Position numbers and translations under genes: made by a program. The notes beneath the pieces were generated by a model. The model had not been told where the DNA came from, made no database searches, and saw only the letters and a program-made list of their open reading frames with translations. DNA of 38,227 nucleotides from Hyphochytrium catenoides (Eukaryota; Protista; Hyphochytriomycota), in contig FLMG01001784.1 in NCBI GenBank assembly GCA_900088475.1, positions 1 to 38,227 on the forward strand. The letters are read 5' to 3'. This document shows, one piece after another, positions 23,644 to 35,410 of this stretch. Each line of letters starts with the position of its first letter. Within the stretch, counting starts at the first letter, position 1.

Positions 23644-25719
23644 CTCTCTGTGGCCCTTCTTTCTACCTGATGCTGGCGGGGTTTGGATTTCATTTATCCT
23701 TTCCTCATTCGTTAGTTCTCTTGTCTGTCTCTCTGTCTCTCTCTCTGTGTCTTCCTGTCTCATGTTTCATCATTTTCAGCTTCAAGAAGATCTGATTGCT
23801 GAAGGATCTTATGCGCGACAAGAGTTAGAAAGGCGAGGAAGGCAGGCAGAGGGAGAGGCGAAAGAAGCAGTCCATCAATTTAGAGCGCTACAGGGAGAGC
23901 TGCGTCAGAGGAGAGATATTCCTCCTGAGCAGGTAGCGAAAGAAGAGAGAGAGAGAAAAAGAGAGGGAGGGAGAGGAAGGTGTTATAAGGACTAAACAAG
24001 TGAGGGTGAGAGAGATACTTTAGCCAGGGCGAGAAAGAGGGACAGTGTTAAGATGGACAGTACATGCTGCTTGCTTGCGCGAGAGAGACGTCACTCAAAG
24101 AAGAACTACTTTAGGCGTAAAACCTAAGGCGGAAGGGGAACCAGAAGCATAAACCCAATAGTGGGTAGAGTAGAAGGGGAGAGGCCTTCAGCGGGGAAGA
24201 AGAGAGAAGAAAAGGGGAGAACGACAGATAGAGAGACACATAAGAAAGGCAAGGAGAGAGAGAGAGAAGAAAGAAAAGAAGAAGAGAGAGAGAGAGAGCA
24301 CGGAGAGAAAGTGCGACAATGCAAAGTATAAGGATGTCAAAGACTAGCGCCGGGGTGACCCATGACATTTCTAAACCAGTGCTAACTTCTTTCGTGGACG
24401 ATGGACAGGCGATGCATATTTTGCAGTCTCAGTACGTGGAGATGGCTGAGGTCAACAACTACGCTGCCAGCCTGAAGAGACTCGCAGGCGAAAACCTTGG
24501 GAGAGAAGGTAAAGACAGCAGCACTGGGTTCTGTCCAGAGGGAATGGGCGAGAGAGAGGACAGCACGGAGATTGATCGGAGGATTATAAAAAGAGNNNNN
24601 NNNNNNNNNNNNNNNNNNNNNNNNNNNNNNNNNNNNNNNNNNNNNNNNNNNNNNNNNNNNNNNNNNNNNNNNNNNNNNNNNNNNNNNNNNNNNNNNNNNN
24701 NNNNNNNNNNNNNNNNNCCCCGCCAAACTCCCTCTCTCTCTCTCTCTCTCTCTCTTTCCCCCCATCACTGACATCCAGACATATTCGCTCCTCTGGCGGG
24801 GTCATGCTTTCTAAGCGGGCCGATCAACGAGAAAGAGCTGAAGGGCGGCTCCTCCAATACTTTGCCTAGGAGCTATCACTTTCGCCTTTGTCCTTTCTTC
24901 AACATCACCCAGATCGAACCAGATTATGAGGACTGGGCGGTCAGAGAGGTAAGTCCTTAGTTGCAGACGGATAGCTCAGAGATGAAGGCGGGTTGGGCGA
25001 AGAGCCAAAGGGACAGGAGAGAGACGGACAGCGTTTAAGAGGAGGAATGTGTATAACCCTTTATTGTTTACTTAGTAAGCCAGGATGGAGAGGGAGAAGA
25101 GATGGGCGGAGAGAGGAGTAGGTGGGATAGACAAAAGAGAGAATGAGAAAGAGAGAGAGAAAGAGGGAGAAAGGGTGGCCGGTTGTGGGCGGAGACAGAG
25201 AGAGGGTTTGAAACGAAGGATAGACCTCTAAGTCAGAGCGAGGAGATGACGATGGATGAAACTGCACCGCCTACATACCAACCTCTCTCCTTCTCCGCCG
25301 CCTTCTCTCTCACTGCCTGTTTCCCCTGCGGAATCCCCTATCCCTAGGCTGCATCCAAGGGCCACGTGCTCTCCTCTCTCCCTGAACCACAGCCGCCCAT
25401 TCTTCTCGGCCGCTGGGCGGGTTGGGCCAAGGTTTCTACTGGGAACGGGCATGTACGGCGAGTGATGATGTACACCAATGGCCAAGAGTGCCCTGGAGGG
25501 AGAAAGAGAAGAGTCACAGTCTTCCTGACGTGTGAGAGAGAGACAGAGGTCCTACGAGTGGTAGAGGATGGGACATGTGACTATAGAATGATCTTTCAGA
25601 CCCCAGCCTGCTGCCAGTTGGACGAGGAGAGAGGCTTGGTGGACAAGATAAGAGAGAGTGAGCTCTACTTCTCCTCGCAGCCGGTTAGAGACATTGCTTC
25701 CATGGAAATAAAGCGCTAG
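21224..25719 (+). CDS. Glucosidase II beta subunit-like (PRKCSH family) protein: signal peptide, Cys-rich N-terminal domain, helical middle region, MRH domain
   Basis: Approximate exons: 21224-21367, 21874-22042, 22757-22800, 23038-~23162, ~23397-23520, 23780-23932, 24409-24508, 24779-24948, 25348-25719. Signal peptide [17 protein letters not shown]; motifs [58 protein letters not shown]; MRH domain [44 protein letters not shown]. Junctions around 23162-23397 are uncertain. Confidence 0.88.
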
Positions 25720-26436
25720 CCTTAGATATTTCCGATCTAAGATCGTCTCTCCTCTTCTACTTAGCACACTTCTGTTCCTTAGTCGCTGTTCTCTTCCCTT
25801 TTTTTCCCCAATCGGCCTGCCAGCTTCATACCTTCAAGGAGAAGCGGCCTCTTCTCTCTCTCTCCCTCTTCTTGCTTGCTGCCCCTTGGGGAGCAACAAT
25901 GTGGATTGCGTATAATAGACCATAGGAGAGATAAGCGAAGAAGGTCATCGAACGGCAAAGAAAAAGCGGAAGAAGAAAGAAAGAGAGATACCAGGGGAAG
26001 AGAGATAGCGCCGCTTCTTGTTCATCTGTTTAGTGCAATTCTATTCCTACAGCTTTCTTAGATGCCAGCTGCCCGCAGGCAGAAAGCACCACATAAGAAG
26101 TGTCAGTACCGTTGAATCTAACCCTTGTCTAGGCCACGCTCTCCAATCTCTACTCACTGCCCTTTGCCTTCTCAGGCTGAGGTGCCCTGTCTTGCCTTTC
26201 CTTGGGCAGAGTGGACGGTAAGCTGCAGTCTCTACCATATCTAAGGGTAGAGATCAGCTTGGTTCAGTCTTGTCCTTGTATCCAGAAAGAAGAACAACAG
26301 CTGACAAAGGCCATCGCAGGGGATAAAGCAGCCGTTGGAAGGAAAGGGGAGAGCAAGAGGAGCAAAGAAGGAGAGATACACCGCGCGCTCTCTCCCAGCG
26401 CTCGATGTTGCTTCCGAAGCGCGATGTCCTCCCCGT

Positions 26437-26658
26437 CTAGTTGTAATACAGCTCCAAGCCCATGCCGTCATGAATCTCATAGTCTTCTAGCGTGATATGA
26501 TCCTTGTAGATAGTGTACCACTTCTGGATGCGAATCTTCTCTGGTCTAGTGCCTGTCTGCGCCGCAATGAGCTTCTTTAGGTCTCCAATGGTGTCATCCT
26601 CATTGCATTTCACCCGGATCTTCTTCCCTAGACGATCGTTGCAAACGACTTCAATCAT
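26437..26658 (-). CDS. UBL5: Ubiquitin-like protein 5 / Hub1, 73 aa, no intron in the CDS
   Basis: [73 protein letters not shown] matches the highly conserved UBL5/Hub1 sequence, including the C-terminal YY motif. The true ATG is at 26658; the ORF track begins at an upstream TTG. Confidence 0.99.
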   Translation of the reverse strand: MIEVVCNDRLGKKIRVKCNEDDTIGDLKKLIAAQTGTRPEKIRIQKWYTIYKDHITLEDYEIHDGMGLELYYN

Positions 26659-26663
26659 CGTGC

Positions 26664-26860
26664 CTGACAAAGAAACTTCTGTGAGCTCCTGAGGCTTGTC
26701 TTGGATGCTCAGGAAGCAATACGTTTCGCAATCCCGTGACGCAGGAAGGCAATGCGTGCCTTCAAGAGGAGATAAGTCACAACTACTATGCGCAAGGGCG
26801 CTTGCACGCTCAGCTCACAGACAGGTAGCCTTTAAGTTCTTCTTGACCACTTCCGCTTAC
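26664..26860 (-). other. Probable 5' UTR intron of UBL5
   Basis: On the minus strand: donor GTAAGC at 26860, branch-like CTCAC, and acceptor TTTCTTTGTCAG ending at 26664, 5 nt before the ATG. Confidence 0.55.
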
Positions 26861-27525
26861 TATCTTTCCACGCCTTCCGTATACCGCTTTCGTCCTGAAC
26901 AGCCAGACGCAATGAGCGCTTGGAAGGAAGAATCCTCAGATCTGCCAAACGAGGAGATGCAGCTCCTCCTAACCCTTTCCACGCCCGTACAGACTGGCCA
27001 CAGAGCTCTTGAACAGTAAGCCCGATGCCACGATGCCACGATGGCCACGAAGCAAAGCTGCAAAGCTTCTCCTGATGGCAAGTTTCTATGGGGATTCCAT
27101 TAGCTTTGATAGGCGTTAACCGCTCTCAGTCTGGACCTTAGCTCCATCAGAAAAATCAATAAGGGAAAAACTAAAGAATGGGTTAGAGCTGTTATTGATC
27201 CACGGACTCTGTCTTTCAGAGAGATACGACGTTCTTTGAACATTCAAGGTGTGGTTAGCCGTTTCTATAATAGGAGGAACCCATTTAATAGGCAAACCCA
27301 CCTCTTCTATTTAGGTTTTGTACCCAACACTGTCAGCTACAACTAATAAGCGGATATATTGGGACGGGATTGGAATAACCTTTCAGCATTTTTGAAGCTT
27401 TTCTTCTGAAGCTCATTGGATTTTCCGCCTCGGACGGGAGTGCTCAAAGCCCTGATCTCCGTGACATCTGCGAATCTAGTGTGCTCTATGAGAGCTGGGC
27501 TTATTCACTCCTGATCCCGTTGGCT

Positions 27526-27577
27526 TAGATTGTCAATCTTACGCGGCGTCCCTAGATTATCAACCTTACGCGGCGTC
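27526..27577 (+). repeat. 27-bp-period direct repeat (2 copies) upstream of the D-TA-like gene
   Basis: tagattgtcaatcttacgcggcgtc (27526-27550) and tagattatcaaccttacgcggcgtc (27553-27577), with 2 mismatches. Confidence 0.9.
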
Positions 27578-27731
27578 ACAAGAGATCAGTGAGTGGAGAG
27601 TGCCAACCTTCGGCATTTGTGAGAGCGGCGTGCAGAGGGAGTTTGGAGGGTGCTCCGGCCTTTGACATAAACACTTGGCTAGGAGTTGGCAGGAGGTTTA
27701 CATACTCTACGGGCTCAGAGCGTTATCTAAA

Positions 27732-30432
27732 ATGCCGGCCCATACTATCGCGTCAACTCCCATCATCTCGTCGGCTTTGGGGCTGACAGGCGCTGCTTTC
27801 CTCTTTGGTGTTGCCGCCAGACACATTATTAGTAGGCTGCAGAATAGATCCGAGACCACAGGGGGCAGGTCAGTCGCCATGGGCGCAGCCTAACTATTAG
27901 CAGTCATCTCCTTTGTACCGCATAATCCCTGCTATAGCTCAACCCTTGCTGACTAAGTGCACCTCCTTTGGTAGTGTCTCTCTCAATCTCTAGCTCTCTG
28001 TCTCTTCGTCTTCCCTTCTCCTGCACTTCATAATCTACCCGTACAATCTCTATCGCCAGCCCTTCTCAATTGCTGTCGTGTGGTCTGCCTCACCTCCAGA
28101 ATGAGGAAGATCTATCGCCGCTGCCCAGCTATCCCTGGTGACAACGTCCGAGATATTGATACGCCATGCCTCGTAGTCGACTTAGAAGCGGTAAGCAGAA
28201 GGAATCCGAAGGGCGGAGCTGAGGAGAGAAAGAGAGAGGGTGTGTGTGTGTACAGCCACAAAAGGCAACGCCGGATGGGCTTTGAGCCGTTGGCGACGGC
28301 TCACAAGAGAAGGCAAGAACGAATGTGCGGGGCTCGAGTAAGACAGTAGGAGTAAGATGGTGACGGGGAGAAAGTCGAGTCCGGAGAAGGAAAGAGAGAG
28401 AAAGAGACTGAAAGCCTTGATGTCAGGCAGTTGGGCTCACCCTTTCCTCCCTTTCTCTCTCTCTCTCACCCTCTCTCTCCTGTCCTCCCTCTTAGCTAAA
28501 GCGTAATCTGGCTCGGATGAACGAGACCTTGGCACCATACAAAGCGATCACCATTCGGCCCCATGCTAAGAGCCACAAGACACCAGAGATAGCACAGCTG
28601 CAAGCACATAACCTTAACAATGTACGAAAGAAGAAGCAGCAGGGGGTGTTTGAAAGAGGGGAATCACAGAGAGAGGGATTAACGGGCAGCCGCGACTGCA
28701 GAGTGAGAGGGTAAAGAGCGACAGACTGACAGACAGACGGACCAAGGAGGCGGATAAATATGTATGGCAAAAGACAGGGAAGAGAGAAAGCACATATATA
28801 AAGAGAGGCATGAAGGGAGGTAAAGAGAGAGAGCAAACAGAGCGAGAGAGCAAAACGAGGCCAGAAAGGAACATGGAGAGGGTTAAACAAAGACATCAGG
28901 TAGGAAGGTAGGAGAAGAAACAATTACTTTGTCTCTCCCTCTCCAACCATCTCCTCCCTTGCTTCCTTCCCTAATGCCTGCCACTCCCAAGTACTCGGGA
29001 GTCTGTTGTGCTAAGGTCTGTGAGGCTGAGGCAATGTTCTGGGGCGGAGTGCACGACATCTTACTGGCCAACGTGGTGGTTGATCCCTCAAAAGTTGAAC
29101 GGCTGGCGGTGCTAGCGAAGAGAGGAGGGAACATTTCTCTTTGCTTTGATGACCCCGACGGTGAGTGCAATTTGCAAAGGCGAGGGAGGGGCCTGTCTAT
29201 CACTTCAGAGAGAGAGAAAGAAGAGAGAGAGAGAGAGAGAGAGAGTAAGGGTGGAAGCGCCCGCTATGGCCCTAAAAGCCATGGCAAGGGGACAGCTAGG
29301 CATGAAGTCTACGTTCTCCTATCTATATTGGCAGAGCAGGGAGACTCTTATGGCGGCCTTGAGGAAGAGAGCCAAAGGAAAAAAAGGGGAAAGTGAAAGA
29401 CAGAAGGTGTGATTGGTGTGTGTGAAGAGACAGACAGGCAGGAGAAAACTGACATTGAGCTCTCCCATTTATTTCTCACATTTTGTCTGTTGTCGTCCTA
29501 TCTCTCTCAGTCGTTCGAGTTGCCTCCCAGATTGCTCGCTCTATGGACGTTAGTTTGAATGCCCTCGTAGAAGTTAACGTAGGACAGAACAGGTGTGGCG
29601 TAGAGACTCCAGGTAATGGAACAGCACGCTCAGACATGGGAAGAGCAGGGCATATGTTCCAATTTAAAGCTTGGAGGAGCAGAACCTAACGTTATTTGTC
29701 GAGGATGAAGCGACAACGAGAGTTCAGGCGAGATATACACCAGAGCTCTGGGAGAGACCATAGAAGTGTGACGAGAGCATAGCTGAGTAGAAAGAGTGAA
29801 AATGCCAAGGATGAGGATGGGAAGGGATAGAATGCAAGTGGTTGGGCCTTCCGCAACTAACAGACCCTGCAGAAGAAGCTCTAGAGCTAGCGAAGCTTAT
29901 TGAAGCTTCGCCTGGACTGAAGTTCGTTGGGATCCAGGTCTGAAATCCTCATACTTCTGCGACACTCCCCCTGCGCTATCTCACTTATCCTCGCTAAGGC
30001 CGCTTCTCTCTCTTCTATTATTTCGGTTTCGCTTAGTGATAGTCTCTTTCACTAGCTACATTTCCTTTATTTGGCCCTTCTTCCTTGATCCTCTTGGCCT
30101 ATGAACTATCCCATTGATTCGCAGAGTAGACGTCTCCCTATTCGTTGCTGGCGATACTTCTGGGCTTTGTCGCTACTGACGGTGCGGTCTTAGGCGTATC
30201 ATGGCGCCGCTCAGCACGTGCGGAACTACGAAGAGAAGAGGAAGCTTATAGCCAAAGTGTCAGACAGCACTAGGTCGATAGTCCAACTATGTGAAGCCAA
30301 TGTAGGCGTGGAATCAGCTAGAGTGGTTCATTTTTTCCTCTCCTGTTTGGAGTTCTTTGCACTTGGTGCATCCGTTTCTTTCTCTTATTAAATCGGCACC
30401 TCTCTCCATCTTCTTTTCCGGCGACTCTCTTA

Positions 30433-30468
<36 letters not shown>

Positions 30469-31591
30469 NNNNNNNNNNNNNNNNNNNNTATGAAGTGCCA
30501 AACAGTGACAGGAGGGGGCACGGGCACTTATCTCCTGGAAGCCTCTAGCGGAGTTTTCACGGAGGTTCAGCCCGGGAGCTTCATCTTCAATGATGTCGAC
30601 TACGCCAAGAATCTTGGAGAAAATGGGAAGAAAGGTGCTGGAGAACACTTTTTTTGAGGGCCCTTATGCTAGTTGCCCTTCCATTCTTGCTCTTAAACGT
30701 CATTTACTCTTTACTATCTATGGACAAAGCACTGGATCTTCTTTCAATATCTCTTACCTTGCTCTCCTGGTGAGGTGCCTGTGCTCTCTCTCTCATGAGG
30801 TTCTCTGTATCTCTCTGCTGTCTCTGCTCTTTTATAAACAGCTACCTTGACTCATGAGTGGTCATGCTTAGCTTGCCACCCTTCGTTTTAGGTAGTCCGC
30901 AGTTGTTCTTCTCTGTTTTGGCTACTAGCGGGTGGTGTTTCTTTTCTTCCTCCGTTTAGCGCCGATTTCTGTCCTCAGCACCTCTACATATCTCTCATAC
31001 GCCTACTTTGATCAATGCGTATAGTGTCTACGTGGTCGCAGAGTTTATTCGTAGCGAGCACTGTCATCAGTAGGAGCGTTGAGGGAAGCTATGCCATAGT
31101 AGATGCAGGAATGAAGGCGCTTAGCTTGGATTCAGGACCGCCAGAGGTGAGTAAGCTCTCGCATCTGGGCTTCACCCCTTGTGGCCCCCCTCTCCCTGAT
31201 CTCCTCGGCTTTCGGTCATTGGCTTTTTTGTCTCCTCTCCCTCTCCCTCATATCTTTCCCGCTCTTCTTTCTCTTTTTCTCGTCTCTTCCCCTTTGCACC
31301 TTTGACTGCCTGCTTCTGCTTGCGTCACCGTCCTCGGACCTCCAGCTCAATTCTTGACCTCCTCATTTTCAGGTTTCCGGCATGACAGGCGTTCGGTTTG
31401 AGAACGCGGGGGATGAGCATGGAAAGCTAATCTTTGAGAATCCTGCCGACATTCCAAGGGTGGGGAGCCAGCTGCTCCTCGTGCCCGGACATTGTGACCC
31501 TACAGTTAACCTCCACGACTTCATAGTGGCTGTAGATGGAAACAAAGTAAGGCAGGTCTGGGAAGTCACAGGCAGAAGTCCAGGCCTCTGA
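27732..31591 (+). CDS. Fold-type III PLP enzyme, low-specificity D-threonine aldolase / 3-hydroxy-D-aspartate aldolase (DSD1/D-TA family), 10 exons
   Basis: Exons: 27732-27868, 28100-28190, 28496-28621, 28992-29160, 29511-29612, 29873-29937, 30194-30301, ~30489(gap)-30634, 31025-31146, 31373-31591. Motifs: IDTPCLVVDL, RPHAKSHK (PLP lysine), GVCCAKVCEAE, DILLANVVV, VEVNVGQNRCGV, GIQAYHG, TGGGTGT, EVQPGSFIFND, VDAGMKA, DEHG, PGHCDPTVNLHD. Confidence 0.93.
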
Positions 31592-32909
31592 TGGACAGAC
31601 GGGCCGAGAGACACTATATAAGAGAGTGGGACGTATGTTAGGAACAGGGAGAAGGAGGAGGAACAACGCGAGGTACCCTTGCATCACCGCTGACTGCTGC
31701 TGAGGTGAAAGGAGAGAGCGAAAGAGAGAGTAGCGGCACAGCCAATCGTCAGCTGATCACTGCCATAGTGCCAAGTGCCTCATGTGGCGAGCAATCTCAA
31801 TAGAATGCACACAAGTGAGATTGCTGTTGAGCTCGTTGCAAGTTTTGTTGGCTGAACCGAAGCAGCTTTGACACATGGGGCGGGCCGTTTATGGGGGAAA
31901 GCGGAGGACATGGGGGACAATGTTCGTTGGCTGTTGGGCAGTAACACGGAGAAACTGAGAGTAAATAGCTGCGACCTGAGAATAGGGGAATGCAGGGAGA
32001 GAGAGAAGTAGTGCTTGAAGAGTCAGTTGCCTTAGAGGCTCGGCGAGCTCGAGTGCGCGCGCCCCAGTGGACGGAGATGAACCTTAGATAGCCGATGATA
32101 AAATTGCAGCGGGCGACGAAAGATGAAGAGATTACTGACGGCAATGATGATGAAGAAAGAAGCAAACTGGATGATGCAGGCACGTCACCATAAAAACACA
32201 TGCTCCTCTTTCGATTTCTTTTAGCTGATGCGCCAGTGGTTTCTTCTTCTTCCTTGGTCGGATGTTCCTCCTCTATCTCTGCCACTTACAAAGGCAAAGT
32301 GACACTCTACTTCGTATGGACAACCTAGTGCTGAGCACTAGCTACCAATATTAATGATGATCAACACCAGATCGGACCTTTGTCAAGAAAAATAGAAGAG
32401 ATCTATGTACCTCCGCCAGATGTACTGCAGCCCGGCGGCAGAAGAAAGAGTGCATGAAGTCTCGAGTGCTAGGTTATAAGGCAGTGGCGTTCCTGTTTGT
32501 CTTTGTCCCTTTGTCGCTTATCAGCTTCTCGGGTTCTGGGTGCTTCCTTATAGGTAGCACAAGATGGAGAGAGAAAGTGCTGATCTGGTCCCATGTTTAT
32601 AAGCGAGAAGACCACCCTTGCCTGTCCATCACCACCACAGCTACATCTACTCCTTCAGTGCTATAACCAAGAGGGTTACCTTTGTCGGTCCGTCACTAAG
32701 GCTATGTTTAGTCCTTCAATCAGCGCCATAAGCTTAAGGTCACTCTTGTCGGTCCATCACCACCAGGACCTATAAGACTCTTTCATCGCTTAGTAGCAGA
32801 CACTGCCGTTCGCAATTTATATATAGGGTAGCCCTAAGTAAGGTACTATCTCCATCACTACTCTGAGCGGCACCCACCTACTTGGTTTGCTGCAGCTATA
32901 GACGAAGCG

Positions 32910-34577
32910 CTAGCTAGCTGCGTGCACTTTGGTCGTGGCAGCAGGAGTACCGGCAATGCCAAGGAGGAGACTGCCATTGCGATTGGGCTTCGAGTCGGAA
33001 GAAGAAGAAGATGGGTCCAGGACCATGGACTTTCGAGAGACAAATCGATTGTAAGGGTCCAGCATCATGCTGCATACTTCCAAGTCAATCTCCTTCCATA
33101 AAGCCTCACTGTATGAGCTCGAACTGGACGCTGATTCCTCTGCTGCTAGAGCTTTTCTTCGTAGTTCTTGCGAGATATTGATCTCCATGGGTGACCCTAC
33201 CCGGATGTGCTGGGTAAGCACTGCAGACAGTAGCGAGCGCCACTCGTTCGACTCCTTAGCTCCCGTCTTTAGCTTGAAAGAGCTTTCGAGATAAATCATG
33301 GCCTCCACACAGAACTCTCGCACCAGGTAGTTCTTGAACTGCATACGTCGCTCAGGAGATGTATGGAGAAGGTACTCATACAGCTCCACAGATGTGGACA
33401 TCCTAGTGGATTTCGCATCTCCATCAACTTGCCACCTCCTCAAGTCCTCGGGTCGGACTGAGGCATTAGAACTATTCTCCGTCTCTTTCGCTGTCTTTAG
33501 CATCAATGTCGGCTGACACGCTAGATAAGTTGTGCACATGACAATGGACCAAGTTAGGTAGCAAGCCCAACAGATGTGGTTGAAGGTATCCGCTTTCAGG
33601 CTTGCAAAAGCCTTTAAAAGGATTGGAAGATCTTGGAGGAAAGCAAAGGCTCCAATGATCTTGATGCACCTAAGCGTATTCTCTCGGAAAGGATAGGCTT
33701 CAGGGACATCCTTGACGAATCTTGCCAGCCACTGATTGACCACCACCAGTAACAAACGGTTGAAGACATCTACGAATAGCTGATGGTGAAGAGGAAGGAG
33801 AGAGGGAGAGAAGAGACGGTTATCGAAAGAAGAAGAGGGACGGGCGGCGAGGGCGAGGAGGGAAGATGGTTATGCTCCAGGAAAGGATAGAAAAGGTCAT
33901 ACACTGTCAACGGGGATATTATGGAAAGAAGGCTGTCATCATCAGCACCATACCTGAGGACCAGTCAGCGAGGAGCACCGCAGATCTCCCATAGGACTCA
34001 TCAATACTTCCGATGGTGTCGTCGCAAAGCGCAGAATGGGTACGTAGCACGAGACCAGAAAGGATGCGACAACGACCAGCACGTCAATGCCGAATCCCTT
34101 TGTGATGTCCTTGTGTCTCACGAACCAATTGTTCACTTCCCCGAGCAGCATGTGGTGCTGAGCAGTGTGGTCAATGTAGAGTCGCACCTGGACCGAGAAT
34201 CCCACCGCACCGAAGGTCAAATAGACCAGCTCTACGCAGATGATGTGCAGCCAACACGGCATCATCGGGAGCAGAAGGGAATGGGTGAATGAGAAATGCA
34301 TGGGGATGAGAGTGAGTGTGCATGCGATGACCAGCGGAGGGGTTGCAATGTTGATGGGGAAGGTAGTCCTATATCGATAGAGATTCCAAGCTATCCATGA
34401 TGCGACCACGGTAAGTAGCACGAGGTAGAGGAAAGCAAGGATTGATGCCCAGTTCTGAAGCGGTTGGGCGATTGGATAGTTGGACAGCCCTGGATTGGGG
34501 CGGCCGTCATCAGGAGGCGTCTGGTTGAAGAGATAGAAGTTAATATCTTTAGCGCTGAATGCTGAAGTCTCTGCCAT
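32910..34577 (-). CDS. Seven-transmembrane protein fused to a C-terminal RGS domain (7TM-RGS), 2 exons, ~497 aa
   Basis: Exon 1 34577-33954 (ends GPQ|gtatgg), intron 33953-33780, exon 2 33779-32910 (ccatcag|LFVDVF), in frame. About seven hydrophobic segments precede an RGS box: FKNYLVREFCVEAMIYL..HIRVGSPMEINIS..EVCSMMLDPYNRF. Confidence 0.85.
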
Positions 34578-35134
34578 GGTGCTGTTGGTTGGTGCGACGA
34601 CCTTCTTCTACTCTTCGGGCAACAGCCGCTCTCACAAAGGGTTAACGATTGGTGTGCGCGGCCCACAAAGCAATGGAGTCGTTTGGCTTTGGCTCGTAGG
34701 CCCTGCAGGTATACGTAGGACCTTCTTCTGAGAGGAGAAGTTTAGCTAGGTATGGGCTGCTTGGTAACTCTTGGGCGCTACTTCTCGGGGCCGGAGGTGA
34801 AGAATTGCCCTCCTATCTGTCGGAAGTCAAGGTTATCGTCCGCCCGCCAGCACGTCACCGTTTCCCGATCGATACCATCATCGTAAGCCTTTGCTCCTGT
34901 ATCTCGTCAGCAGCAGTGAAGAGGACGATGATCGATGACGATGATGGGCGGTGATCAATGATGCGCTGTCTTGCATCAGTACCTGATCACCACGCTCTCT
35001 GAAGTAATAAGTAGTAGGAATACCGCCCTATCACTTTCATAAGCGGTCGGATGAGTCCTGAAAAAGCCATAATAACGGCAATAATAGTGCTCCGCTCTGC
35101 CTCTCGTCCTGAAGGCAGGTGATCTGCCTCGTGG

Positions 35135-35410
35135 CGACAGCAACAGCAGTAGCAACGGCAGGATTTGCGGCAGGACGAACCCCGGTGGCAGCCACAGCAC
35201 TAGCAGGACCAACAGCAGCAGAAGCGACTACCATCACATCAGCAGCCAACATCATCATCAGCAGCAGCAAACAGGAACCGCAGCAGGGACTCAGCAGCAG
35301 GGCCTTGGCAGGCACAGCAGCAGCAAAAGCATGAGCAGCAGCAGCAGTTGCAGGAGGAGGAGGAGCAGAAAGAAAGAGGAGGAGATAGTTGGTAGTCGGT
35401 GCTGCTGCTG
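35135..35410. repeat. Degenerate (CAG)n/(CAT)n trinucleotide-rich tract
   Basis: Many cagcagca and catcatca runs; no convincing protein in any frame. Confidence 0.7.

Noticed and set aside
27526-27577. CRISPR-like repeat
   Set aside because: Only two adjacent copies with no spacer, in a eukaryotic context with no cas genes.
28604-28625. Possible GC-AG intron after EIAQLQ in the D-TA gene
   Set aside because: A canonical GT donor at 28622 gives an in-frame join of the expected length (QAHNLNN|YSGVCCAK).
31797-32285. 162-aa minus-strand ORF
   Set aside because: GTG start, low complexity and no recognisable domain; it lies between two convergent 3' ends.
34950-34991. C/D-box-like ATGATG..CTGA with a terminal stem, or a SECIS element
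   Set aside because: Too short for a snoRNA, imperfect C box, and no apical AA or associated selenoprotein.
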